Origin: Caulobacterales bacterium
GTDB taxonomy: Bacteria; Pseudomonadota; Alphaproteobacteria; Caulobacterales; Caulobacteraceae
NCBI GenBank assembly: GCA_044445825.1
Contig: JBIOEG010000003.1
Location: 7,267 to 71,266 of the forward strand
DNA: 64,000 nt
Reading direction: 5' to 3'
Below, one piece after another: positions 37,265 to 45,991 of the stretch. Under the pieces are notes generated by a model that saw only the letters and a program-made list of their open reading frames with translations, had not been told where the DNA came from and ran no database searches. Both the position numbers and the translations under genes were made by a program. The first letter of the stretch is position 1. Every line of letters starts with the position of its first letter.

Positions 37265-39498
37265 GGCGTCGGCGCGATTTGCTGCTTCAGCAGGAACGCG
37301 CCGAAGACGTTGGAGTAGTCGTCGGTCCACAGCCCGATGTCCGAGTTCAGCCGGACGCCCTCCCAGCGCTGATCTTGGGCGATGGGACCAAGGTCCTGCG
37401 CGCGGCGCACGACGATCATCCAGTCCGCGGCGTCCTTGTAGTCGGTGCTGGGCGGGGCGTTGTCGCTGTCGGAGTCGGTGGACTTGGGGTCCTCCCACAG
37501 GCGCGTGGTCAGGCCCATCGCCTTCGAGATGTTCGCCACCACGGGCGGCAGTTCGAGAAACTGGTTGGAGACGTGGAACACCACCATGCCGCCGGGACGC
37601 AGCTTGGCCAGATAGAGCTGCATCGCCTCGCGCGTCATCAGGTGGACCGGTATGGCGTCGGAGCTGAACGCATCCAGGATGATCATGTCGTAGGCCGCGT
37701 CCGGCTCGCGCGCGAGCGACAGTCGAGCGTCGCCCATGACGATCTCGGGGTGCGCCGGGCAGTCGCGCAGGAAGGTGAACAGGGCCGGGTTCCTGGCGAT
37801 CTTCACCACCGCCGGATTGATCTCGAAGAACGTCCAGCGCTCGCCCGGGTGGGCGTAGCAAGCCACTGCGCCGGCGCCCAGGCCGACGACCGCAACGGCG
37901 CGCGTGGCCGGACCGCCGCCCACCTTGGCGAACAGCTGCCCGAGCGGACCGTCAGGGTGATAGTAGCTCAGCGGCTGGAGCCTCCGGGCGGGGTCCCGGC
38001 TCTGGGCGCCATGGTCGATGGTGCCGTTGACCAGGACGCGCATGGGCGGCGAGTCGCGGTCCACCACCCGCAGCACGCCGTAGAAGTTCCGGGCGTGCGC
38101 CACCTCCCGGCTCGCGCCGCCGGCGATGACCGCGCCGGAGACGATGAGCGCCGCGATGCTGAGCGCGAAACCCACCGGGCGCGCGCGCAGGCTGAAGACG
38201 ATCAGCGCCAGGATCAGCACCGAACCCTGCGCGGCGCCGTTGAGATCGCTCACGTCGAGCTTGGCGAGCCGGAATGCCAGGAGGACGAGGGCGATGATGG
38301 CCGCCGGCGCCAGCAGGTCGCCGCCGGCGCCGCGCCAGTCCTTCAGGTTCGGGAGCGGCCCGGGCCGCAGCGCGCAGGCCAGGACCAACACCAGCGGGTA
38401 TTCGATGATCCTGGCGAAGAGCAGCGGGGCGATGAGCGCGTTGAAGATCCCGCCCAGAGCGCCGCCCAGGGAGACAATCAGGTAGAACTCGGTGAGGTGG
38501 GCCGCATCGGGCCGCGTGCGGGCGATCTCCTGGTGGCACAGCAGGGCGGTGACGAAGAACGCGGCCAGGTGCAGGCCGAACAGCGGCAGCGAGGCCCCGC
38601 TCTCGTTGGTCAGCAGCGTAACCGCCAGCGCCACCAGCAGCAGGGCCTGCAGGTGGACCGTCCAGCGCTCCGGCAACGTCACCAGCCGCTGAAACGCAAG
38701 CACGAAGCTCAGCAGGTAGAGGGTGAGCGGGATCACCCAGAACAGCGGCGTTGCCGCCACATTGATCGTGAGGTGGCTGGTGACGCCGAGCAGCAGGCTC
38801 GACGGGACGAACGCCAGCACCAGCCAGCGCAGCCGCAGCGCCAGCCCCGGGCGCGTGGCGGCCGGGGCCGGGGCAGGTTCGGGCGAGGGCGCGATGAGAC
38901 CACGGCCGCGCGCCAGCACCACGGCCGCGCAGGCCGCGGTCAGCGCGATCAGCAGCACATAGCCGGTGGTCCACCAGGCGCTCTGCCGCAGCAGGCTGAG
39001 ATGAGGCTCCACCAGTGTCGGATAGCTGACCAATGCCGCGAGGCTGCCGAAGTTGCTCGCGGCGTAGAGAAAATAAGGATCGCCAGATGACCTTTCGCCG
39101 AGGCGGGAAAACCACACCTGCAGCAACGACGCCGTGCCGGACAGGATCACGAAAGGCGCCCCGACGATGACGCAGAGGGCGCCGAGCTGCCAGAGCACCG
39201 GGTCGGTGTCGCCCTTCGGCATGGCCAGGCCGCTCACCGAAATCGGCAGCAACGCCACGGCGGCGAGCAGCAGCGCCGGGTGGATCAGGAGGGCGAGGCG
39301 GTGCGTCAGCCAGCGCGCGCTGGCGTGCGCGTAGAGGTAGCCCAGCAGCAGGGCCACCTGAAAGAACACCAGGGAAGTGTTCCACACCGACGCGCTGCCG
39401 CCGAGCAGCGGCAGCAGCAGCCGGGACGTCAGCAGTTCGGCCCAGAACAGCAGGGCGGCGCCCACCAGCAAGGCGACGCCGTACAGGACTTTCATCAT
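37261..39498 (-). CDS. Fused membrane (MFS-like)/spermidine synthase-like SAM-dependent transferase
   Basis: Many TM helices followed by LVNGTIDHG, VVGLGAG, EINP and DAFSSDAIPVHL; start at ATG 39498. Confidence 0.9.
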   Translation of the reverse strand: MMKVLYGVALLVGAALLFWAELLTSRLLLPLLGGSASVWNTSLVFFQVALLLGYLYAHASARWLTHRLALLIHPALLLAAVALLPISVSGLAMPKGDTDPVLWQLGALCVIVGAPFVILSGTASLLQVWFSRLGERSSGDPYFLYAASNFGSLAALVSYPTLVEPHLSLLRQSAWWTTGYVLLIALTAACAAVVLARGRGLIAPSPEPAPAPAATRPGLALRLRWLVLAFVPSSLLLGVTSHLTINVAATPLFWVIPLTLYLLSFVLAFQRLVTLPERWTVHLQALLLVALAVTLLTNESGASLPLFGLHLAAFFVTALLCHQEIARTRPDAAHLTEFYLIVSLGGALGGIFNALIAPLLFARIIEYPLVLVLACALRPGPLPNLKDWRGAGGDLLAPAAIIALVLLAFRLAKLDVSDLNGAAQGSVLILALIVFSLRARPVGFALSIAALIVSGAVIAGGASREVAHARNFYGVLRVVDRDSPPMRVLVNGTIDHGAQSRDPARRLQPLSYYHPDGPLGQLFAKVGGGPATRAVAVVGLGAGAVACYAHPGERWTFFEINPAVVKIARNPALFTFLRDCPAHPEIVMGDARLSLAREPDAAYDMIILDAFSSDAIPVHLMTREAMQLYLAKLRPGGMVVFHVSNQFLELPPVVANISKAMGLTTRLWEDPKSTDSDSDNAPPSTDYKDAADWMIVVRRAQDLGPIAQDQRWEGVRLNSDIGLWTDDYSNVFGAFLLKQQIAPTP

Positions 39499-39719
39499 GC
39501 AAGGCGCTCCGACCGGCCCCTGACGGTTGCGGCCTGGCGACGGACGCAAACGGCATTTCCCCAACACGTACGACACTGCCGCGACACGGTTGAGAAGGCC
39601 AGTTCAATGAGCGATTTGGGCGTCTGAACCGCCGTGAGGACGCCCTCCGAGCGCCACCCGCCGCAGGCTTGTCAGTGCAGTGGTTGCGGAGCATGGTTAA
39701 GCCGAGGTCGGAGGGTCGC

Positions 39720-39935
39720 ATGAAACTGAACGCCGTCGTTTCCGGGTTGGCTTGGCTTTGTCTGGCGACGGCGTCGACGGGTCCGATGGCCTACGCCCAG
39801 GCGACCGGCGGCTCGCCCGGCAAGGACGCCCATGCCTCGAACATCGGCGGCAGGAAGGGCGCGCACTCGCACGCCCGCCAAACTCATTGCCACCGTCGTG
39901 GGCGCAGTTGCCATCACCACCCGAAGGCCCATTGA
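39720..39935 (+). CDS. Small secreted His/Arg/Cys-rich peptide (paralog 1 of 4, 71 aa)
   Basis: GGAGG RBS; MKLNAVVSG signal; AYA-QATGG. Confidence 0.75.
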   Translation: MKLNAVVSGLAWLCLATASTGPMAYAQATGGSPGKDAHASNIGGRKGAHSHARQTHCHRRGRSCHHHPKAH

Positions 39936-40079
39936 GGCGCCCAGCGTGCGCCTTCGCGGGTCGCTAGGCAGGCGACGAACGCTCCGAATCGCGGTGGGTT
40001 GCCGCGGTGCGCGCACCGCCGCTGGGCGCTGTTCGCCGGTTTCGAGTTTTGCGTAGTGGTACAAAAAAGAGAGGACAAC

Positions 40080-40304
40080 ATGAAGCTCAGTTCAATCGTC
40101 TCGGGGTTCGCCCTGCTCGCCCTCGTCGCCGCCTGGTCGGCGCCCCCGGCCTTCGCCCAAGCGACCGGCGGCAGTACTGCCGTGAAGACTGCGCCGAAGA
40201 CTACGTCCGGCAAGAAGGCGACCAAGACCAAGAAGGGTCACAAGGGCGGCAAGAAGGGCAAGAAGGGCGCCTCCACCACGACCACGACGCCTCCGCCCAA
40301 GTAG
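40080..40304 (+). CDS. Small secreted Lys-rich peptide (paralog 2 of 4, 74 aa)
   Basis: GAGG RBS; MKLSSIVSG signal; AFA-QATGG; SGKKATK; C-terminal PPPK. Confidence 0.82.
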   Translation: MKLSSIVSGFALLALVAAWSAPPAFAQATGGSTAVKTAPKTTSGKKATKTKKGHKGGKKGKKGASTTTTTPPPK

Positions 40305-40457
40305 GGCTAAGGCGCGCCCGCGCACCGTCGCGCGGCGTGTCATTCACTGGTTCAGCGTCCAGCGGCGCGCGACGAGCAATGCTTGCGCGCGCCGATTTGG
40401 TTGTGTACGGCGGCTTCGTCATTGCCACGCAGGGTCGCGTGGGCTGGGGAGGTCACC

Positions 40458-40676
40458 GTGAAGTTGAAAGTTATTGTTTCCGCATTCGCCCTGGTTTGTT
40501 TGGCCGCTGCCTGGGCTGTCCCGGCCGGCGGCCCTGCCTGGGCCCAGGACACCGGCGGCGACAAGGCCGCCTCCGGGAAGAAGGCGACGAAGCCGAAGAC
40601 GGCGTCGCATACGCACTCGCACGAAAAGAGCAAGAAGGGCAGCGGCGGCGGCACGACTACCCAGCCGCCCAAATAG
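40458..40676 (+). CDS. Small secreted Lys/His-rich peptide (paralog 3 of 4, 72 aa)
   Basis: GGAGG RBS with GTG start; AWA-QDTGG; SGKKATK; C-terminal QPPK. Confidence 0.8.
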   Translation: MKLKVIVSAFALVCLAAAWAVPAGGPAWAQDTGGDKAASGKKATKPKTASHTHSHEKSKKGSGGGTTTQPPK

Positions 40677-40802
40677 GCGGCTCGCGGGCTGCCTAACGTC
40701 ACTTCCAGCGTGTCGGCGCGCGCCCTTGCCGCGCGCTGCCTTTAGTCATGATTGCAGGGTCGGCGAGAGCGGCGCATGGTCGCGGTTTCCAGGGAGGCAC
40801 CC

Positions 40803-41015
40803 ATGAAACTCAGCGCCCTCATTTCCGGTTTCGCTCTTCTTGCGCTCGTCGCGGCATGGTCCGCCCCTGCGGCGGCCCAGGCCACGGGCGGCACCACCAA
40901 GGTGGCGCACACGGCCGATTCCGGGAAGAAGGCCACCAAGACCAAAAAGGGTCACAAGGGCGGGAAGAAGGGCAAGAAGAGCAGCGGCGGCTCGACCACG
41001 CCTCCGCCGAAGTAG
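40803..41015 (+). CDS. Small secreted Lys-rich peptide (paralog 4 of 4, 70 aa)
   Basis: GGAGG RBS; AAA-QATGG; 20-aa block identical to paralog 2; C-terminal PPPK. Confidence 0.82.
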   Translation: MKLSALISGFALLALVAAWSAPAAAQATGGTTKVAHTADSGKKATKTKKGHKGGKKGKKSSGGSTTPPPK

Positions 41016-41222
41016 GCGCCTGTCCGCGCCCAGGCCGGCGCGCCGGCCGGGCCGGCCGCGGACGAGATGAACGCCGCGGCCGGCCGCGAGCAGCAGTCCG
41101 GGCGCGCCTAGACACCGCCGCCCGCTCATCTCCGGCCACAATTGTCGGGCGCGCCGGTGCTATAGGTTCGCTGTCCACCAGATCGAACCGATCGACGCAC
41201 ATCGTCTTGAGAGGAGAGCGCC

Positions 41223-41342
41223 ATGGCCAAGGGTCAGAAGCGGAGCAACAAGGAAGTCCGCAAGCCGAAGGCCGACAAGCCCAAGCCGGCGCCAGCGGCG
41301 CGGTCGTTCCTGACGCCGCCGTCGAGCGCGAAGAAGAAATAA
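41223..41342 (+). CDS. 39-aa basic small protein MAKGQKRSNKEVRKPKADK... (absent from the ORF track)
   Basis: GAGGAG RBS, ATG at 41223 and TAA at 41340-41342; translated by hand. Confidence 0.75.
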   Translation: MAKGQKRSNKEVRKPKADKPKPAPAARSFLTPPSSAKKK

Positions 41343-41368
41343 GAGCCGTCGCCGGCGAGGCGCGGACG

Positions 41369-41797
41369 TTGGCGAGGCGGCCGGTCAGACCCGCCATCGG
41401 CAGGTGGGCGGCGCGCGGCGCAGCAGCGTTCTGCATCGGCTTCGCGATGTTCCAGGCCGCCCTGGCGCTCGGGGCGCCGCTCGGACAGATGACATGGGGC
41501 GGCGCTTCCAGGGTCCTGCCCACCGGCTTGCGCCTGGCCAGCGCCGGGGCTGCGCTCTACCTGGCCGCTGCGGCGGCGGCCTTGCTGGTCAGGTCGCGCG
41601 ACTGGGGCCGCCGCCTGCCGCAGACGCCGTTCCGCTGGTTTGTCGGGTTCCTCGCATTTCAGCTGGCGCTCAATACCGCCGCCAACCTCGCGTCACGAAC
41701 CGCCGCGGAACGCTACGGCATGGGCGCCGCCAGCGCATTGGGCTTCGTGTTCTGCCTCGTCGCGGTGATCCTGTCGCCCGAGCGCGCGGCGGCGTAG
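41369..41797 (+). CDS. Hypothetical four-TM membrane protein
   Basis: FQAALALGAPLG..TWGG pattern; probable TTG start at 41369. Confidence 0.72.
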   Translation: MARRPVRPAIGRWAARGAAAFCIGFAMFQAALALGAPLGQMTWGGASRVLPTGLRLASAGAALYLAAAAAALLVRSRDWGRRLPQTPFRWFVGFLAFQLALNTAANLASRTAAERYGMGAASALGFVFCLVAVILSPERAAA

Positions 41798-41856
41798 TCG
41801 CGGCGCGCGCGGTTCGCGACCTGCTAAGCTCACGACAGACCGGACGGGAGCCACCG

Positions 41857-42312
41857 ATGGAAGAGCTGAGCGTGGACTTCGAGCCCTTCGTCGACGACGA
41901 GGTGCGCAAGTTCATCGACGACGGCATCGACAACCACAACATCGCCGTCACCGGCCTGCCGGCCTATTTCCCCACCAACTTCGTCCTGCGCTCGGAACGC
42001 GGCGACGTGCTCGGCGGCCTGCTTGGAACGATCTGGGGCGGGTGGCTGCACGTCGGCACGCTGTGGGTGTCCGAGATCGTTCGCGGCCAGGGCCACGGCT
42101 CGGCGCTCCTCGAAGCCGCGGAGGCCTACGCCAGGGCGCGCGATTGCACCGGCATCTTCGTCGACACCTTCAGCTTCCAGGCCCGGCCGTTCTATGAGCG
42201 GCACGGCTTCACCTGCTTCGCCACCCAGGCCGACTACCCGAAGGGTCACGCCCGCCACTTTCTCGAAAAGCGGCTGGCCCAGAGCACGATGGGGTCAGGT
42301 GGAATCACCTGA
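41857..42312 (+). CDS. GNAT family N-acetyltransferase
   Basis: LWVSEIVRGQGHG motif A; TFSFQARPFYERHGF. Confidence 0.92.
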   Translation: MEELSVDFEPFVDDEVRKFIDDGIDNHNIAVTGLPAYFPTNFVLRSERGDVLGGLLGTIWGGWLHVGTLWVSEIVRGQGHGSALLEAAEAYARARDCTGIFVDTFSFQARPFYERHGFTCFATQADYPKGHARHFLEKRLAQSTMGSGGIT

Positions 42313-42322
42313 CCGCTGAATC

Positions 42323-42400
42323 GTGCTCTAGATTCAAAAGTGTAGAGCCTGATTCAGGGTTCGGATCGCTTCGATCTGAACCCATCAGGCTCTAGAGCAC
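42323..42400. repeat. Nested palindromic TAGAGC...GCTCTA element (MITE/RPE-like) containing the stop codon of the second nuoF
   Basis: GTGCTCTAGA (42323-42332) / TCTAGAGCAC (42391-42400) outer arms; inner imperfect hairpin at 42343-42394. Confidence 0.65.
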
Positions 42401-43705
42401 CGGTTCCATTCTCGCGCCCTGCACAAGAGGGCGGCCGGCGCGATAGCTGGCGATGCGCGCTTCCACCTCGTGGCGGAAGTGACGGAACAGGCCCTGGATC
42501 GGCCAGGCGGCGAAGTCGCCTAGGCCGCAGATGGTGTGGCCCTCAACCTCCGAGGCGACGTCGAGCAGCATGTCGATTTCGCGCATCTCGGCCTCGCCGG
42601 TGACCATGCGCTGCATGATCCGCCACATCCAGCCGGCGCCCTCCCGGCACGGCGTGCACTGGCCGCAGCTCTCGTGCTTGTAGAAGTAGCTGAGGCGCGC
42701 GATGGCCCGCACCAGATCGGTGTCACGGTCCATGACGATGACCGACGCCGAGCCTAGGGCCGTCTTCAGATCGCGCAGCGAGTCGTAGTCCATGAGCGCC
42801 TGCTCGGCCTGCCAGGCCGGAATCATCGGGGTCGAACCGCCGCCGGGCAGCACGGCCTTCAGATTCCCCCAGCCCCCGCGAACCCCGCCGGCGTGATCCT
42901 CCAGCAGTTGGCGCAGAGGGATCGACATCGCCTCTTCCACATTGCAGGGACGGTTCACGTGGCCGGAGATGCTGATCACCTTGGTGCCGACGTTGTTCGG
43001 CCTGCCGATGCCTGCGAACCAGTCGGCCCCGCGCCGCAGGATGGTTCCGACCACTGCGATGCTCTCGACGTTGTTCACATTCGTCGGACAGCCGTAGAGC
43101 CCGGCGCTGGCGGGAAACGGGGGGCGGATGCGCGGTAGCCCCTTCTTGCCCTCCAGGCTCTCCAGCAGCGCCGTCTCCTCGCCGCAGACATAGGCCCCGC
43201 CGCCGTGCGTGACGAAAAGGTCGAAGTCCCATCCGTGTACGTTGTTCATCCCGATCAACCGAGCGGCGTGGGCCTCGGCGATGGCCGCCTCCAGCCTGGC
43301 CCGCTCGGCGGCGTATTCGCCGCGGATGTAGATGTAGCCGGCGTGGGCGTTGATCGCCCGGCCGGCGATAAGGCAGCCCTCGATCAGCAGGTGCGGATCG
43401 TTGCGGATGATCTCCCGGTCTTTGCAGGCGCCCGGCTCTGACTCGTCCGCATTCACCACGAGGTAGTGCGGCCGCACCGGCTCCGCGGGCAGGAAGGACC
43501 ATTTCATCGCGGTCGGGGCCCCTGCCCCTCCGCGCCCGCGCAGCCCCGACGCATTGACCTGAGCCAGGATCCAGTCGCGGCCCAGCGCGATCATGTCCGC
43601 CGTGGCGTTCCACGCGCCGCGCCGCCGCGCGCCCTCCAGACCCCAGTCGTGCAGACCGTAGAGGTTGGTGAAGATCCGATCCCGGTCCCGTAGCACGCCC
43701 GCCAT
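42392..43705 (-). CDS. nuoF: Second, stand-alone NADH-quinone oxidoreductase subunit F paralog
   Basis: [21 protein letters not shown] and [10 protein letters not shown]...C; full length with no frameshift. Confidence 0.93.
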   Translation of the reverse strand: MAGVLRDRDRIFTNLYGLHDWGLEGARRRGAWNATADMIALGRDWILAQVNASGLRGRGGAGAPTAMKWSFLPAEPVRPHYLVVNADESEPGACKDREIIRNDPHLLIEGCLIAGRAINAHAGYIYIRGEYAAERARLEAAIAEAHAARLIGMNNVHGWDFDLFVTHGGGAYVCGEETALLESLEGKKGLPRIRPPFPASAGLYGCPTNVNNVESIAVVGTILRRGADWFAGIGRPNNVGTKVISISGHVNRPCNVEEAMSIPLRQLLEDHAGGVRGGWGNLKAVLPGGGSTPMIPAWQAEQALMDYDSLRDLKTALGSASVIVMDRDTDLVRAIARLSYFYKHESCGQCTPCREGAGWMWRIMQRMVTGEAEMREIDMLLDVASEVEGHTICGLGDFAAWPIQGLFRHFRHEVEARIASYRAGRPLVQGARMEPVL

Positions 43706-43810
43706 GATGGCCCTCCCGCGTTCGGAAGATCGCCGGGTTTGGCTGAACTGTCACGCCCCGCGGACGCAGCGCCGCTGTACGCACCCGGCCGGCTTTGCTA
43801 CGGGCGCAGC

Positions 43811-44836
43811 GTGGCGAGCCTCAGCATCCCCAGATCCATCATCCTCAGCCGCCAGGACAACATCGGCGACGCCGTCGTAACCCTGCCGATGGCCGGCTGG
43901 ATCAAGCATCACAGCCCGCGGACGCGCATCACCGCCCTGGTGCGGGCCTACACGAGCCCCATTTGGCGGCAGTGCCGGCACATCGACGAGGTTCTGGCGG
44001 TCGAGACTTTGGAGGAGTCTGGAGATGTGGCGGCGATCGCGCGTCTGAACAGCCTGCACGCCGACGCCATGGTGGTCATGCCGGAGTGGCAGCTGCCGAC
44101 CTGGGTGGCGCGCGCGGACATTCCGCAAAGGGTCGGCAAATTGACCCGTTGGCGCAACTTCCTCACCTGCAACATCAGGCCACACGTCCCCCGGCGCGGG
44201 ACCGGGCTGCACGAAGCCCAGCTCGCCATACGCCTGCTCGCGCCGTTCGGAATTCCCTGCCCGGACAAGGTGCAGGATCTGTGGCCGTTCATCGGCCTCT
44301 CCGCGCCGGCGCCAGCGCCGCGGATCCGCGCCCTGCTCGATCCGGCGCGCATCAATGTGGTGGTGCATCCGATGGCCGACCGCGGCATGCAGTGGGGCCT
44401 GGAGAACTTCTCGGCGCTCCTGGAGGCGCTGGATCCGCGGCGCTATCATTGCCTGGTCACGGGGACCGCCAAGGAAGCCGGCGCCTATCAGGCGCTGCTG
44501 CCGTTGGACCGCGCGAACGTCACCGACACCGGCGGCGCGCTGGATCTGGAGGGGCTGATGCAGCTGATCGGCGCGGCGAACGGCCTGGTGGCCTGCAGCA
44601 CCGGGCCGCTGCACCTGGCCGCGGCGTTCGGCTTGCCGGCGATCGGCCTCTATTCGGCGCGACCTGCCAGGGCGCCCTCGCGCTGGGGACCGATCGGGCC
44701 GCGCGCTGCCGCCCTGGTGTTCGACGAACACTGCCCGGACTGTGCACGCGGGGCGCGCTGCGACTGCATTCGCCGCATCGCCCCAGCGCGGGTGGTGGAG
44801 GCGCTGGAACGGGCCCTCGCCCCGGCGGTCGCCTGA
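43811..44836 (+). CDS. Glycosyltransferase family 9 (heptosyltransferase-like)
   Basis: RQDNIGDAVVTLP and CSTGPLHLAAA; probable GTG start at 43811. Confidence 0.88.
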   Translation: MASLSIPRSIILSRQDNIGDAVVTLPMAGWIKHHSPRTRITALVRAYTSPIWRQCRHIDEVLAVETLEESGDVAAIARLNSLHADAMVVMPEWQLPTWVARADIPQRVGKLTRWRNFLTCNIRPHVPRRGTGLHEAQLAIRLLAPFGIPCPDKVQDLWPFIGLSAPAPAPRIRALLDPARINVVVHPMADRGMQWGLENFSALLEALDPRRYHCLVTGTAKEAGAYQALLPLDRANVTDTGGALDLEGLMQLIGAANGLVACSTGPLHLAAAFGLPAIGLYSARPARAPSRWGPIGPRAAALVFDEHCPDCARGARCDCIRRIAPARVVEALERALAPAVA

Positions 44837-45907
44837 ATGGCGGCGAGCGGACGCCAGGGCGAGCGCTTCCTGATCGTCGGCCCGGTCTGGGTCGGCGATG
44901 CGGTGATGATGCACAGCCTGTTGCAGCGGCTGAAGCTCGACGACCCGGCCTCGCACATCACCGTGTTCGCCCCGCCCCACGTCACCCCGGTGCTGCGCCG
45001 TTTCGCCGAGATCGACGAGTTGATCCCCAACGACTTCGCCCACGGGGCGCTGCGCCTGGCGGATCGCTGGCGGCTTGCGCGCTCCATGGCCGGACGCTTC
45101 GACCACGCCCTGGTGCTGCCCACCTCGTTCAAATCGGCGCTGATCCCGTTCCTCGCCGGTGTGCCGCGACGGACCGGCTACATGCGTGAGGCGCGCTACG
45201 GCCTGATCAACGACGCGCGGCCGCTGAACGAGAAGACCATGCCCCGCGTGGTCGACCACTACGACTTCCTGGCCGAGCCTCGCGGCGTGGCGTTCCCGCG
45301 CGCCGCGCTTCAGCCGCGCCTGAATGTCGACCAGTCCGAACGCACAACCCTCCTCGCCGAACTCGGCCTGAGCGAGGGCGGCCGCGCTGTGGCGCTGTGC
45401 ATCGGCGGCGACGGCGGCGCAGCCAAGCGCTGGCCGGCGGCGCATTTCGCGGAGCTGGCCCGGCGGCTGGTCGAAGCCGGCCATCAGGCCTGGCTGGTCA
45501 GCGCGCCGGAGTATCGCGAGGCGGGCGACGAGATCGTGCGCCTCTCCGGCGGCGCGGCGGTGAACCTGTGCGGGCGCACCACACTCGGCGAGGCCATTGT
45601 CCTGCTCTCGGCCGCCGGGGCCGCGGTCAGCAACGACACCGGACTGATGCACATCACCGCCGCGCTCGGGCGGCCGGTTGTGGCGCTCTACGGCCCCACG
45701 GCGCCGAACCGCATCCCGCCACTCAGCGACCGCGCCGCCGTGGTGCAGGAAGACCTGCCCTGCCGCCCCTGCTACGCGCGCGAATGCCCGCTCGGCCACA
45801 ACAACTGCATGAAGCAGCTCGCGCCGTCGCGGGTGTTCGAGGCGCTGCGGAACCTGCTGTCGGCCGTCTCGAGCGTCACGGGCCCACGCGAAGGTAAGTT
45901 GCCGTAA
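44837..45907 (+). CDS. waaF: Lipopolysaccharide heptosyltransferase II
   Basis: GPVWVGDAVM, LPTSFKSAL, AKRWPAAHF, SNDTGLMH and C-terminal CPLGHNNCM. Confidence 0.85.
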   Translation: MAASGRQGERFLIVGPVWVGDAVMMHSLLQRLKLDDPASHITVFAPPHVTPVLRRFAEIDELIPNDFAHGALRLADRWRLARSMAGRFDHALVLPTSFKSALIPFLAGVPRRTGYMREARYGLINDARPLNEKTMPRVVDHYDFLAEPRGVAFPRAALQPRLNVDQSERTTLLAELGLSEGGRAVALCIGGDGGAAKRWPAAHFAELARRLVEAGHQAWLVSAPEYREAGDEIVRLSGGAAVNLCGRTTLGEAIVLLSAAGAAVSNDTGLMHITAALGRPVVALYGPTAPNRIPPLSDRAAVVQEDLPCRPCYARECPLGHNNCMKQLAPSRVFEALRNLLSAVSSVTGPREGKLP

Positions 45908-45991
45908 CACCGTTTTTCATGCTGTCGTGTCCGCGACTGCGGCTGGGTTTCCACACGGCTTGCCCGTCGCGCGCTAGGCAGGGGGATAACC

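Noticed and set aside
42392-43705. Second nuoF as an assembly duplication or pseudogene
   Set aside because: The protein differs from the operonic copy at many positions, yet the frame and cofactor ligands are intact
43751-45910. 719-aa minus-strand ORF
   Set aside because: Antisense shadow of the two GT9 genes
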